A stretch of DNA of 63,979 nucleotides, the filler included, from Reticulomyxa filosa (Eukaryota; Protista; Foraminifera), in NCBI GenBank assembly GCA_000512085.1. It is 24 parts of 24 records of this genome, joined end to end, with 100 filler letters (N's around TTAATTAATTAA, not from the genome) between each part and the next. Parts side by side here need not be neighbours in the genome. Positions count along the whole stretch, not along the records: positions 1 to 3,335 come from ASPP01023998.1; positions 3,436 to 4,435 come from ASPP01050637.1; positions 4,536 to 6,886 come from ASPP01019059.1; positions 6,987 to 8,594 come from ASPP01016960.1; positions 8,695 to 16,924 come from ASPP01034177.1; 19 more parts are not named here. The stretch is one strand, 5' to 3'. The position numbers and the translations under genes were made by a program. Positions 1 to 11,629 of this stretch are shown piece after piece; positions within the stretch are counted from its first letter, which is position 1; the number at the start of each line of letters is the position of its first letter. The notes under the pieces were generated by a model that saw only the letters and a list, made by a program, of their open reading frames with translations, made no database searches and was not told the DNA's origin.

Positions 1-1062
1 GGATAGTTTGTTCAATTGCAACTTTTGTACCTAAAAAAAAAAATCTTTTTGTGGTACTCTTTGCACCTGATTTACACTTTTTTTTTAAAAAAATTTCTGT
101 GTCAAAGTTTCCAATGAAAAAGCAAAAAAAAAAAAGTGCTTCTTTAAATATTCAGTCGGGGTATTATTGTCCAGTTTTACATATTTTTTTTTAGGAGTGA
201 AAGGAATGCAATGGCTGGAAATAGTCTTACACTTTTTTTTTGTGGGAGATTGCCATATTATTGCACTTTGGAGTTGCTTGGTTGGGAAGTTTATGAGTGG
301 TCACGCATTGGTAGGAAATGAAATAAGTAAGGTTAAAGGATTAGGGTAGATGTCAATCCGTGGCAAATGAAAATAATTTGTTGAATAATGATAAGGCTAA
401 GACGGAGTTAATTGGAAAAGAGTTGATAATTAATACTTTACCTTCTCTCCTTCTACAAGTCTCTCTCTGCTCTTTCATCATGAAAAGACCCAATTTCACA
501 AATGCGCTGTGTCCTAAACAAGTACATATTGACAACAAGAAAGCTCCAGAACTACTGTATTGCGGTCTTCAACCAAATCCGTTTGGGGGGCTAATTTTCA
601 TTGTTGCTCAATGTCATGTTTATCTATTCAAACAACATCTTGCACTTCCATTCCAAACACTGTTGCTTTGTTCTTGATCAATATTGATCCAATGAACAAT
701 TTTTTTTTGAGACTAACGTGTTCCCTCTTTTTTAAAAGGCAAAAACAACGGTATTTTAAATTATTCAAAAATTCAGGCAAATGCAAAATTTTGCTTTGTT
801 TTTGGTTATTGTGCGAATTTGCGTGACTATAATATTATTTACTAGCAATCAAAAGACGGGTTTTCTTCTCTACAATGTCAGTCTTTTTGTAAAAAAACAT
901 TTAACAAAAGTTCAATTTCAAGGGTCTATTAATTATAACGAGAATTAAAATCCTGAATAACTACTGCAACTATTTCATTGAATCTATACCGTCTTCGTAG
1001 AAACTGAGAGAGGTCGAAATCGTTACTATTGTGATTTTGAAAGGTCCAGACTTTGTGGAAGA

Positions 1063-2262
1063 ATGCAGACAAATGAAAAAGAGTGTACGAAGATCAACAC
1101 AACTGTAGCCTATTTGGTAGGCATCATCTGTTATGTCTTTTTCTTTTGTTATCATAACAGACGAGAAGGGCCTCACAAACAACAATATCTAACTCAAAAA
1201 AAAAAAAAAAGAACGGAGAAGAAATCAAAGTGATATTAGAATATTGGCTCCGGTCATTAGCAATTAAATTAGGATGGATCAACGATTTTAACGAATTGGT
1301 AATACAATATATGGAGGTAAGTCTAACTTGTTGCGAGTTTCCATGTTTAATTTGAAAAAATAAAATATGAAAAGTTGAAATCTTTCAATCGATTGAAATC
1401 GATCCAAGGACATCTGCAAGGTGTGAAAAGTGTAAGATTTTCTCCAGATGGCACTACAATTGTGTCATCGTCATTAGATCAGAAAATTCGATTGTGGGAT
1501 TTGGCACAAGAAAAATTACTCAAGATATTTGCAGGACATTCAAGCTGGGTTGAGACAGCGCAATTTTCACCGAATGGAGATATGATTGTATCGTGTTCAT
1601 CTGATCAAACAATCTGTATTTGGAATATGCTATTGGAAAATAAGATGATGCAATTGAAAGGACATTCAAGAACAGTGACGGCAGTGCAATTTTCTCCCGA
1701 TGGTCAAACCATTGTGTCATGTTCAAATGATAAAACAATTCGATTGTGGGATGTAAAAACAAAACGACAAATAAAACAAATGGAAGGACATACAGAAGAT
1801 ATCAGAGATGTGAGCTTTTCATTTGATGGTCGAAAACTTGTTTCCGCTTCTGATGATAAAACTATTCGCATTTGGGATGTCACTTTAGGAAGTTGCGTGA
1901 TGGAATTAGCCAATGGACATTCCAAAAGTATATTGAGCGCAAAATTTTCACCTGATGATCGTTATATTGTCTCTTCTTCTAAAGACAAAATCATTCGAAT
2001 ATGGAGTGTAGCCTCGGGAAAATATATTAAAACTTTGGAGGGACATACAGATTGGATAAGGGATGCAAAGTTTTCTTCAGATGGTCGAAGAATTCTGTCG
2101 TGCTCTGATGATAAAACCATTCGATTATGGGATTCAAAGTCTGGGCGGCAATTACAAATGTTGGAAGGACATTATGACAATATAACAGGTGTGGATTTAT
2201 CGCCAGATGGACAAACTATTGTGTCATGCTCTAATGATTGTACTATACTCTTGTGGGGATAA
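1063..2262 (+). CDS. WD40-repeat beta-propeller protein (3 exons: 1063-1116, 1212-1316, 1375-2262)
   Basis: Seven GH...FSPDG..IVS.S.D..IRLWD repeats. Phase-0 GT..AG introns at 1117-1211 and 1317-1374 join MQTNEK.. and a EEIKVILEYWLRSLAIKLGWINDFNELVIQY leader in frame. Confidence 0.9.
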
Positions 2263-2508
2263 TTTCAAAATAAAATAAAAAAGTCTTCTTGTATCGTTGA
2301 AATTAAAAGGAAACAATTTATGTCTTTTTTTTTTTTATGTCTTTCATTTTCCATTGTGAACATCCACAAGACACGAAATATCATTTCCTTGCATTTTGGG
2401 TTTGAACTTATATCAGATATTGCATTGATTATTCAGAAAAATATATAAATTTGTTTATTCATGTTTTGAACAAATAATTTAAAAAAATTATCTCTAAAAC
2501 AAATATAT

Positions 2509-2990
2509 TACAAATTTTTTAATTTTGATATCACTTCTTTTGAATCTTGGTGATATTCACCTAATTTTTGAATAAAAATCGACAACGTATTTTCATAACA
2601 TTTTTTTGCTTCGTTCCCTCCCCTTTTTTACAATAGATATCTACTAAAATCTTATATGATATGCCAACATCTGATGATTAAAATCCAATTTATTCAATCT
2701 CAATTCCAATGATTTGTTTCCAAATTCCATTACTTTATCATATTCTTGTTTATTATCCCAAATTTTTGTACGAAAAAGCAACATCAGGGTGATCACGCCC
2801 TAATTTATTCAACAAAATTTCCAATGATTTTTCATGGTATCCTATTGCTTTATCATGCACTCTAAACAATTCCAAAATTATTGCATGAAGCAGCAACCTC
2901 GGGATGATCATTCCCCAATCTACCTAATCTGATTTTCAATGACTCTTTATGGTATTCAATTGATTTTTGTTATAATATGCTTTGTCTAAC
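2509..2990 (-). pseudogene. Degraded kinesin-light-chain-like TPR repeat gene
   Basis: The minus strand reads KSIEYHKESLKIRLGRLGNDHPEVAASCNNFG / HDKAIGYHEKSLEILLNKLGRDHPDVAFSYKNLG / YDKVMEFGNKSLELRLNKL, interrupted by deletions, stops and frameshifts. Confidence 0.8.
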
Positions 2991-3335
2991 CAATAATAAA
3001 ATTCTACAACATCAACGTAATGTTTGAAATCTAATATAAAGTACAAAACAAAATAACTCAATTGCTTCATTAATCATTGTTATTGGAAATATGTTAAATC
3101 AATCCAGCATATAATGTACTTTACGCACCATAATAACTAATTCAACAAAAAATGATAAAGCAACTCAAATCGAAAGCAATCTTATTTTATTTCTTCATCA
3201 AAAGAAATGTATGATGAATCAGACAAACTTCAAAAAGAAATCTCCTTTTTTTAATGAAAAAAAACAAAGTCATGCATTCCTCTGTCAACACTCATGATAG
3301 AATCAAAGGAGAATGTCAAAGATAGACATTTCCTT

Positions 3336-3435
3336 NNNNNNNNNNNNNNNNNNNNNNNNNNNNNNNNNNNNNNNNNNNNTTAATTAATTAANNNNNNNNN
3401 NNNNNNNNNNNNNNNNNNNNNNNNNNNNNNNNNNN
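3336..3435. other. Artificial contig linker (N44-TTAATTAATTAA-N44), first of 23
   Basis: Identical 100-bp spacers with stops in all six frames start at 3336, 4436, 6887, 8595, 16925, 20360, 22707, 23894, 25407, 30865, 32507, 36668, 38589, 39986, 41561, 43045, 44199, 49964, 51833, 52951, 54379, 61298 and 62753. Confidence 0.99.
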
Positions 3436-4194
3436 AAAAGGTTATAACAATATCACTACAAATTCGTAGTTAGCATTTTTGATTACAATACTTTTTGCTG
3501 TTATCATTTGTTTAGAAAATGTATCTCTGTATCACAGTAGCTCATCTTTTCGATTGCTTACTAAATATTTGCGTTTTACACATAAAAAAACTCGCGTTCA
3601 ATGAATACGGCGCCTCTTTCAAAAAAAGTGTCATATTAGATCGGGTGATGCAGTTTGTAATTTTTTCTCTCGAAGAGAAGCATTTCTTCAAAAATCTTTT
3701 CTTTTTTCTCGTCTTTGGAGCTTACTTCGAAATTTAATGCTGCATCGACTCTGTATGAAGATTCTGCATTACACACAATTTCATTCGAAGTGGTGTTGCA
3801 ATTAACATAAAAACATACCTACAAATTTTTTATCAATTATTTGGCTTAGAATTTTGCATTAAAAAATTTGTTGTAATTGGTAGAAACAAACCACGTGTTG
3901 ATGCGTCTTCACACGGGAAACCAATTTACAGCGACTCATCAAAGGAAAAAATACAATGAAAAAAAAGTCAAACAAACCCAACACAAAAAATAATAGCTGC
4001 ACTACACATTTCATGTCTGGCGGTTCTTGAACTCCAAAAAAAAAAGAAGAAAGAAAGAATCACCAAAAAAAAAGGAGAAATAAAAGATAAATGAGGGAAA
4101 AGAAAAAATCCTTTGACAAACAATGGTCTCTTTTTTTTTCATTTTTGTCACGAAACAAATGATGAAATGAAAAATGGACAGTTAAAATAATGAA

Positions 4195-4435
4195 TTATGT
4201 CTTCGGCTGCAATGGCACATCTTCAATTTCTAATGCGCTTTGCTGGGACTCAGTTCTGTCATGAATATTTGGTTTCTTAGAATTAGCTGGATTAATAACC
4301 ATGGGCTGACGCAGCACAAAGGCAACAGGTTCGTGCGAAACTGACGGACTGGATGCATCTGCTCGGTCAAACTTGGGAGTGTTTTCCGCATCCGTCGAAT
4401 ATTGCACATAATGAGTGCCCAAAGCAGACACCACA
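4195..4435 (-). CDS. 3' end of unknown protein (partial)
   Basis: Open frame from the contig edge to a stop, higher GC than flanks, no recognisable motif. Confidence 0.45.
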
Positions 4436-5450
4436 NNNNNNNNNNNNNNNNNNNNNNNNNNNNNNNNNNNNNNNNNNNNTTAATTAATTAANNNNNNNNN
4501 NNNNNNNNNNNNNNNNNNNNNNNNNNNNNNNNNNNACAAACGTTAAAAATCTGTGGGCGTTGGAAAATATTCTGCGAAGCCAAAAGTATGACCAAGATAT
4601 GCTGCAAAAAAAAATTTGCAGTTTTTTAATATTTGCAACGAAATTTGTTCATATTAAAAGCAATTAAATAATTTTTGAGCTGTGTACACACGTTTGTAGT
4701 GCAACGCCCTACTAATTACAGTAGAAGCTTCATATGAACGAGGGAGCCCTTTTTTTCCTCAACAACCTTCACTGTCTTTCTTCTTTCTTGTCAGTGCGCT
4801 GTTTATCTTGATTATTAACTACTTTTGTTTGCTTTTTGAAAACACCTTTCATTAATTACTTTCTTATTACACTTGGTGCTACCTCAATCTTCCTACACTA
4901 GTGTATTATTAAAACATTTCACATTTTTCTATTTTGAACATAAGCGAATAAGCTGAATGTTCCCGTAATAAAAAACAATTTTAAAGTTTATATTGACATT
5001 TAGTGCAGCGTGGGAGACGCTATTTTACTTCGAAAATGAATTTAAGGCAACGGATGCAATTTGAAAAGATTTTTTATGTTTAGATCGAATAAAATTGGGG
5101 CTTTTTAAGAAAAAAGTAAAAAAAAGAAACAATGCGGAAAAGGAATTTGTACAAATGGAAAGAATACTAAAATGTGGCAGGTATTAAATGTTTCAGTGCT
5201 GGAAGTAGAACTGAAAAAAATGAATATTTTGTTTGAGTCAAGAAAATCTTGTCCCATGTTTGTCACTTGCTGGTGTCATTACTTTTGAATAATAAATTCA
5301 ATATTTTGGAACATAGTCGTCTCCTCCCTCATGGCCAAAAAAAACTTCTTCCAAAGTAATTGGACAGAAAGCAAGTGAATTCACAATGACAAAACTTTGT
5401 CCAAAGGCGCGAGGGAAAAAAAACAAACCCACACCACAGGAAAGCAAAAA

Positions 5451-5832
5451 TTAGAAGAATGGAGCAGCTTTTCCAAACCAAGGTTTTCTCCAAACCATTT
5501 TTGCATTTGGATGTGCTTTCTTGTATATTGCACGTGCTGAAAGTGTGCGATAGCCTTTGTAAGCAGTAAGTGCGACTGAAAATATTCCTACTGCTTTCCA
5601 GTATTGATTCCAGGCTGGCAAAGGGCGAACATCATGAATTGGACCTCGAATTCCTAGTTTTACATATTTGCCATTGTTCCTTATTTGCAGTTTTGTTTCT
5701 TGATTTTTTTTACCCCAATTTTTTGTAAACTATAATCGATAAGTGCTGTTACATACCGTCAGGTACAAGTTCATAAGGAATTTCAAATCCTCGTGCATCT
5801 AACACTTGTCTACAACCCCATCGACTTGACAT
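5451..5832 (-). CDS. Small 92-aa basic protein with one moderately hydrophobic segment (exons 5757-5832, 5451-5653)
   Basis: ATG at 5832 and a phase-1 GTATGT..CTAG intron at 5654-5756 give MSSRWGCRQVLDARGFEIPYELVPDGIRGPIHDVRPLPAWNQYWKAVGIFSVALTAYKGYRTLSARAIYKKAHPNAKMVWRKPWFGKAAPFF*. Confidence 0.7.
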
Positions 5833-6126
5833 GGTTTATTGTTTATCTTTTTGTTCGAAGGATTATATTTTTGTTTGAGGATCACCAAAATCAAAAATTA
5901 TTATAGGCTCAAAATTTCCTCACCCCTTTTCTTTTTGATCTTGAGGAATGAAAACTTTGAGAATGTCGTGACTTGCTTGCACATTTTACATTTTTCAAAA
6001 AAATTTTGCTTTTAATTAAATCACGCAGTGGTGAAAGAAAAAAACAATACAAACAAAATCAAAAATATCCTATTTTTTGATTCGTTACAAAAAAAAATAA
6101 AAATAAAAACCAATAAAAAGAAAGAT

Positions 6127-6841
6127 TCAAAGTCCAGACACTTTGACGGATTGCGAAATGAAAGGTCTGAAAAATCTGGAAAATAGAGTAACAATTCGTT
6201 TTCGAATGTCTTTGTTTTCCACTTCGACACATTTGACAACATTGTCATATAACTTTCTCAAGATTTGCATTCTCTGTACATTGTCTGTGATGCATTGATC
6301 ATTTAGCAACGAGTCCAGCAAAAGTAGGACAACCGCACTTTTCCAAGGAATGCTTTCATTTGTAGCCAAAGGAGTATCACTATTGCACTGTTGTGTGCAA
6401 TCAAAAACATAGTCTTTGAGGAGTTGATTACCGAATTGATAAAAGCGGTTCCAAATGTTGAGAGACCGGTGTTTTTCGAAAATGAGTGTTTTCAGTTCCC
6501 CATTGATTTCCGTGGCAAACGACGAGGGGACATACTGTGTGCACAGTGTCAAAAACACTTCCAATATCACGCCACTCGACTTTGCTTCTTGATAATACAA
6601 ATCGGGTAGATTTTTCTGGACCTCGACTGATCCCCCTTTTTTTTTTTTTTTAAATGTCCCCCTCCTTTTCCCTTGTTCCGTCAAAAAAAAACTTTTTTTT
6701 TTTTTTACCTTTGCTCCATATGTGGGTCCGCCAATCTATTGCTTGATTGAATTCCCGAGCAAATTGATGTGAGTCTTGGAAACAGGTGATCACCAAATGC
6801 ATTTGTTCAGCACTAATTTTGGTGGAATGTAATAGAACAAT
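6127..6841 (-). CDS. C-terminus of BIG/Sec7-type ARF guanine-nucleotide exchange factor (partial)
   Basis: Exon ITCFQDSHQFAREFNQAIDWRTHIWSKG followed by LPDLYYQEAKS resembles the BIG1/2 C-terminal segment (LDCLxESHxFAKxFN..RTxLWKAG..PNLLKQETSS). It ends DIRKRIVTLFSRF. Confidence 0.75.
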
Positions 6842-7101
6842 CTATATACATTTCCATTCATCAAAAAAAAAAAAAAAAAAAAAAAANNNNNNNNNNNNNN
6901 NNNNNNNNNNNNNNNNNNNNNNNNNNNNNNTTAATTAATTAANNNNNNNNNNNNNNNNNNNNNNNNNNNNNNNNNNNNNNNNNNNNGGGGGAGGGATAAC
7001 AACAACAAACAAACAAAAAAAATAAATAAATAAATAAATAAAAAATAAAAAATAAAAAAAATTTTAAAAAAATGTGTAATGCGTGTATGTGATATGAATA
7101 G

Positions 7102-7412
7102 GAACACAACTATTTGGCGGGACCGATATTTGGGATTCGCGAAGACTTTGAAGGATTTGGGATTTGCTTTGATACGTATGATAACGACGGCTCGCGAGAC
7201 AACCCGCGCATATTTGTGATAAAAAATGAACAGGGCAACATGACAAGCAAATGGGACCACGACCACGATTTTCAACAAAATCTCATCCGCGAAAAACCCG
7301 AAAAAGATTTGATGCACGATTGCACATGTGATTACCGACTCAAAGAACTTGTCAAAGCTATTTTCACTTATCGCAAAGGAATTGTTATGTATTACATTTT
7401 ATTAATATATAC

Positions 7413-7443
<31 letters not shown>

Positions 7444-8201
7444 TTTTGTCATTTTATTACTTGTTATTTTGTTTGTTAACACATGTGAATGGGGGGGAAC
7501 AGCTTCATGTGTACGTCGACACAGGGAAAGGATATAAGTCTTGCTTGACAATTCAAATTGGTATGAACACAAAGGGCATGCATTTCGCAGTGAGTGCATT
7601 GACTGGACAAGTGGCGGACACTCACGACATCTTTGTCATCACTTCACACTACTTAACCGACAAAGATGCCTACGTTGATGACAAAAGACTATCCCAATAT
7701 CGCGATAATACCGATTTCTCCTTTGCTCGCTTCTTCTTTTATTTTTGGCAGTTTTTGATTTGTTGCGTTTCATTGTATCCATTATATTCCGAATTCAGCT
7801 ACTTTCAACAGCTCAAATCCAATCAGGTATTTTTTTTTTTTTTTTTGCTGCTTTTCAAAGCGTATGAAATGCATGCAATGTAAATTGCACAATCCATAGA
7901 TACATCCCGCTTTGCTGTGTCAGTCTTTAAATCCGGTATTGATTGGTGGACATGCTCTTCATTTGTTCCAATTCATTTTACTTGTCATTGGATATCGATG
8001 GGGCTTGTTCATGCTTCATCTGCCAATCTGTTGTGGAGGGGATATCTTTTCATGACTGACACATATCGGCTGGAGCCTCTTCGAGTTAGGAAATCAGAAG
8101 CTACTCTCATTGACATTGGGGAGGTGCCTGGTTTGGTGTTTCGAACTATTGTCATTTGCATTACACTCTTCATTTCTTTGGGAAGAATGTTTTCCTTTTA
8201 G
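7102..8201 (+). CDS. L-type (VIP36/ERGIC-53-like) lectin with C-terminal cornichon-like membrane domain (5' partial)
   Basis: Lectin motifs GPIFG..DFEGFGICFDTYDND and FAVSALTGQVADTHDI. Exons 7102-7383, 7503-7826, 7900-8201, with a 1-nt frameshift near 8025. Confidence 0.8.
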
Positions 8202-9336
8202 AACGCGCACATAGCTAGTCTCCCTCCTTCTCCCTTCAAAAATAGTTTTTTATTTTTTTTGAAAATGATAATCACAAACAATCCATAACATGTCATTGGC
8301 TGTTTGAAATGGAGCTTGTTTCTTCATGCATCCCACTCTGTGTTAACACTTGATGCTGATTTTAATCTACGTACTGTTTTGACTTCATTATGGACTTTCA
8401 GTGTTCTGCATACTACAGACGAACACTCAGTTTCAATTTTAAAAAAAAAAAACTGTCATCCTTTTGATGTATGCATATGCTTATAAAGAAAAACCGTAAA
8501 AATACAAAAAAACAAGCGATCCATGCAATTTTGCCCCAAAAAATTTAAATACAAAAGTTGTTCGACCAACATTTCAAAAAAAAAAAAAAAAAAANNNNNN
8601 NNNNNNNNNNNNNNNNNNNNNNNNNNNNNNNNNNNNNNTTAATTAATTAANNNNNNNNNNNNNNNNNNNNNNNNNNNNNNNNNNNNNNNNNNNNGCTGTT
8701 ATAAGACTGCATTTCTCTGAAAAAGTTCGCGAACACTCAGTGGGGCACTGATCTTTTTTTAAAAAATATGCATTGAAACATAGTGTATTGAAATTTTCGC
8801 AGTTTTTTTATGTAAATTGCAATTCTCTCTTGTTTCTTTTGCAAAAACTTCCCTTTTTCATCAGAAGTAGATTATCATAAACTTTTTTAATTTCAATAGT
8901 AAAAAAAAATTAGAAGTCTACTCGAAAATGATTTTATGAGAGTCCGTATTTTGTTTTATTTGTTAATTTTGTATCAGACCATCTTTGAGCTATTTTTTTG
9001 CAATTTTCTTTTTAGTAGACACTAGTATTGTTGATTCAAATGCTTTTTTGTGGCTATCAGACAAAAAAAATTTCACGATCGATCAATTTATATTACTTTT
9101 TAAAAATGTGATATGTATTTTATATACAATTGCTCCTCTTTGATCGTATTTATAAACTCAAAAATGGGACATAATAACTGGGTATATAAATGAAAGACGC
9201 CACTTTCAAAAAGACATAAAAAAAAGTTTTGAGGTTAAAGATCCACAAATTACACCTTAAAACAAAAACATATTTCGTATCCAGTAAATAAGCAAACCAA
9301 GCAAATAATAATAATAAAAAATAATATAAGCGCTCA

Positions 9337-10130
9337 TTATTGTTTAAGCGATTTCAAATCTGTTTTAATCCTTTCTTCGATAGCATGATTAGGAATTAAC
9401 CATAATTGTCCATCAATAAATAGCGATGAGTTATTGGAGAGTTGATGAACACGATAGACAATAGAGGTACGATCATAAATTATTCCATTGTGTGGAATTG
9501 GGAGACGAGGACGAAGAGGAAGAAACAGATTTACTTGGATATTGATTGCAAATGTCAGAAAAATAATCCAAAAAAGAATACAAACATCCAAAAATATTTT
9601 CAATTCAAAAATATCCAATCTTTTTTGGACATTTTCAATCATGCTCTTGAATCAATGTTATTTTTTTTGATGATATTATACAAATGAGCCATTGGATTTT
9701 TATTTAATTTTAAAGTGAATCCAATGAAAATTGCAAAGGATCTCCTTCAGACCATTTCATTTGTAAATCTTTTCAACGACTCTCCCTCCATTCTTCGTCT
9801 TTTGTTTTCAATTGTTTTACGTCTTCATTTAACTGTGCGCAATATTTCAATAGCTCAACATTGCATTTTTTTATTCTATTGATTTTTGTCATTGACTGTT
9901 CACTTTGTAATTTCTCCACTTCTATTTGTGTCATTTTTCAAATATACTATTGAATGCCTCAATATTATTTGCAGGTTTTTTAATATTGTCTGTAGCTCTT
10001 TCTTTGATGCGTCCTTTCGCATCGCTTTTCATTCAACTCACATGCAATTTTTTCGTACTGCTTCAAGCTTTCTTCCAATTTTTGTGATATCATTGATATT
10101 CCCGTCTATGATAATAACATCAATAAGATA
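9337..10130 (-). pseudogene. Disrupted 3' portion (coiled-coil, SAM-like, half U-box) of the Kelch gene
   Basis: FAIFIGFTLKLNKN..IIKKNNIDSRA*LKMSKKDW (SAM-like) and NGIIYDRTSI..LIPNHAIEERI (U-box second half), with stops and frameshifts. Confidence 0.6.
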
Positions 10131-10147
10131 TATTTGTTTATTTTATT

Positions 10148-11629
10148 TTATGGTTTAATTTCTAAAGCAAATCTGAATATGTATGTATATAATATAACAT
10201 TGATAGTACTTTCCAAAATCAATAAGCGGGCAATAATAGAAAATATTTTTTCCATTTTAAGTAAATGATCATTGACAACCTTTTGAAAAAGTCCATCACA
10301 ACTCCAAATGTCGATATCATCCCATTTCACATCATTACAATTCATGATCTTATCTTTTTGTAATTCTTTCAATTTAATTTGCATGTCTTGCATTTCATTC
10401 ATCATATGCTTCCATTCTTTCGATGTGATTTTCGCTTTTTGATCGTGTTCCATGTCTTCCAATTCTTTTGGAAGAGCAAATGGCTGTTCCAATTTCATCT
10501 TCACGAGTTCAAATTTCAATGCTCGAATTTCCTCCGACTGTTCTTTGATCATTTGTAGCAATTCAGACTTTTCCAAAAACTCTTCCATTTTCACGGACAA
10601 ATGGAATCTTTGTTCTTCGCCTTCTTTATTCAGCCCACCGAGAAGATGAATCATGTAATTATCCTGATGATTTAAAATGGCAAAGGAGCAATTGATTTCC
10701 AGTGGCAAGCTAAGTTTGCACGGACTCCAAGTTTTGTCTCTCATGGTAAACTTCCACACACTCTTGGACCGTTCGTTGGTAATGCTATTTCTCCCTCCAA
10801 ACAAAAATAGCGTGTCATGACAATGGACATGAGAATAGCAGGTAAAATCCTGCAAAGCGGTGCAAATTGGTACTTTTTCATATTCAAATGCCTTTTTCTC
10901 CTCGTCGAATTTGATCAATAGCCCAGTGTTGTAACAAAACAATAAAAAATGATTGGCTATTTTTTCATTGTTCATTGTCCATGGTATAAAACAATGATAT
11001 CCAATTCCAAATTGATGCTCTTCTGTTGGCAGTATTTTATTTTTCAAATTGGTTATGTATTTCAGTGTCTTCAAATCCAATACTTCAATACTTTTTGGGA
11101 AGCATGTAATGAACAATAGATCATTGTTTATTCCACCAACCACTCCACGTGCTCCAATCATTATGTGTTCCAACTGTCCTATGTTCGAATGCTTCAGCAA
11201 TATCCATGTATTTACTGCTGACAAGTTTTTTTCTTTTGCTTCTGATTTGCATTCGTCTTCGCTCCAAACACTTTTGTATTTCATTTGAAATATCAAATTT
11301 TGCTCATTTTTACCTTGTCCTCCAAAGGATAATAAATACATCTCGTTCGTATTCGTTTGCTGGTGATTCCATTGCAGAACGCAATGTCCATTCAATTGGA
11401 TATTACTTGGATAAGAACAAATGTATTTATATTCTTTTTTCACTGTATGATAGGAATAACATTCATTGTTTCCGTCACCTCCACAGATCAGGATCTCGTC
11501 TTTAAACAAGATGCATTGAGTGTTTGTTAAGGTTTTTGGCAATTCTGGCAAGGTTTGAAAGCCATTTCGTCTTGACGACATAAACATGTTGCTCAAGAAC
11601 ATGTCAATTGAAGATGTTGCTGACATCAA
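10148..11629 (-). CDS. Kelch-type beta-propeller plus coiled-coil protein
   Basis: FQTLPELPKTL..QCILFKDEILICGG, LLSFGG, LFLFGG and IHLLGG Kelch blades followed by a heptad-rich segment. Confidence 0.85.
   Translation of the reverse strand: MMSATSSIDMFLSNMFMSSRRNGFQTLPELPKTLTNTQCILFKDEILICGGDGNNECYSYHTVKKEYKYICSYPSNIQLNGHCVLQWNHQQTNTNEMYLLSFGGQGKNEQNLIFQMKYKSVWSEDECKSEAKEKNLSAVNTWILLKHSNIGQLEHIMIGARGVVGGINNDLLFITCFPKSIEVLDLKTLKYITNLKNKILPTEEHQFGIGYHCFIPWTMNNEKIANHFLLFCYNTGLLIKFDEEKKAFEYEKVPICTALQDFTCYSHVHCHDTLFLFGGRNSITNERSKSVWKFTMRDKTWSPCKLSLPLEINCSFAILNHQDNYMIHLLGGLNKEGEEQRFHLSVKMEEFLEKSELLQMIKEQSEEIRALKFELVKMKLEQPFALPKELEDMEHDQKAKITSKEWKHMMNEMQDMQIKLKELQKDKIMNCNDVKWDDIDIWSCDGLFQKVVNDHLLKMEKIFSIIARLLILESTINVILYTYIFRFALEIKP

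Noticed and set aside
3380-3391. Recurrent TTAATTAATTAA flanked by Ns, and ORFs ending in X..LIN
   Set aside because: Artificial linker, not a biological repeat or CRISPR array. Gene neighbourhoods across linkers cannot be trusted.
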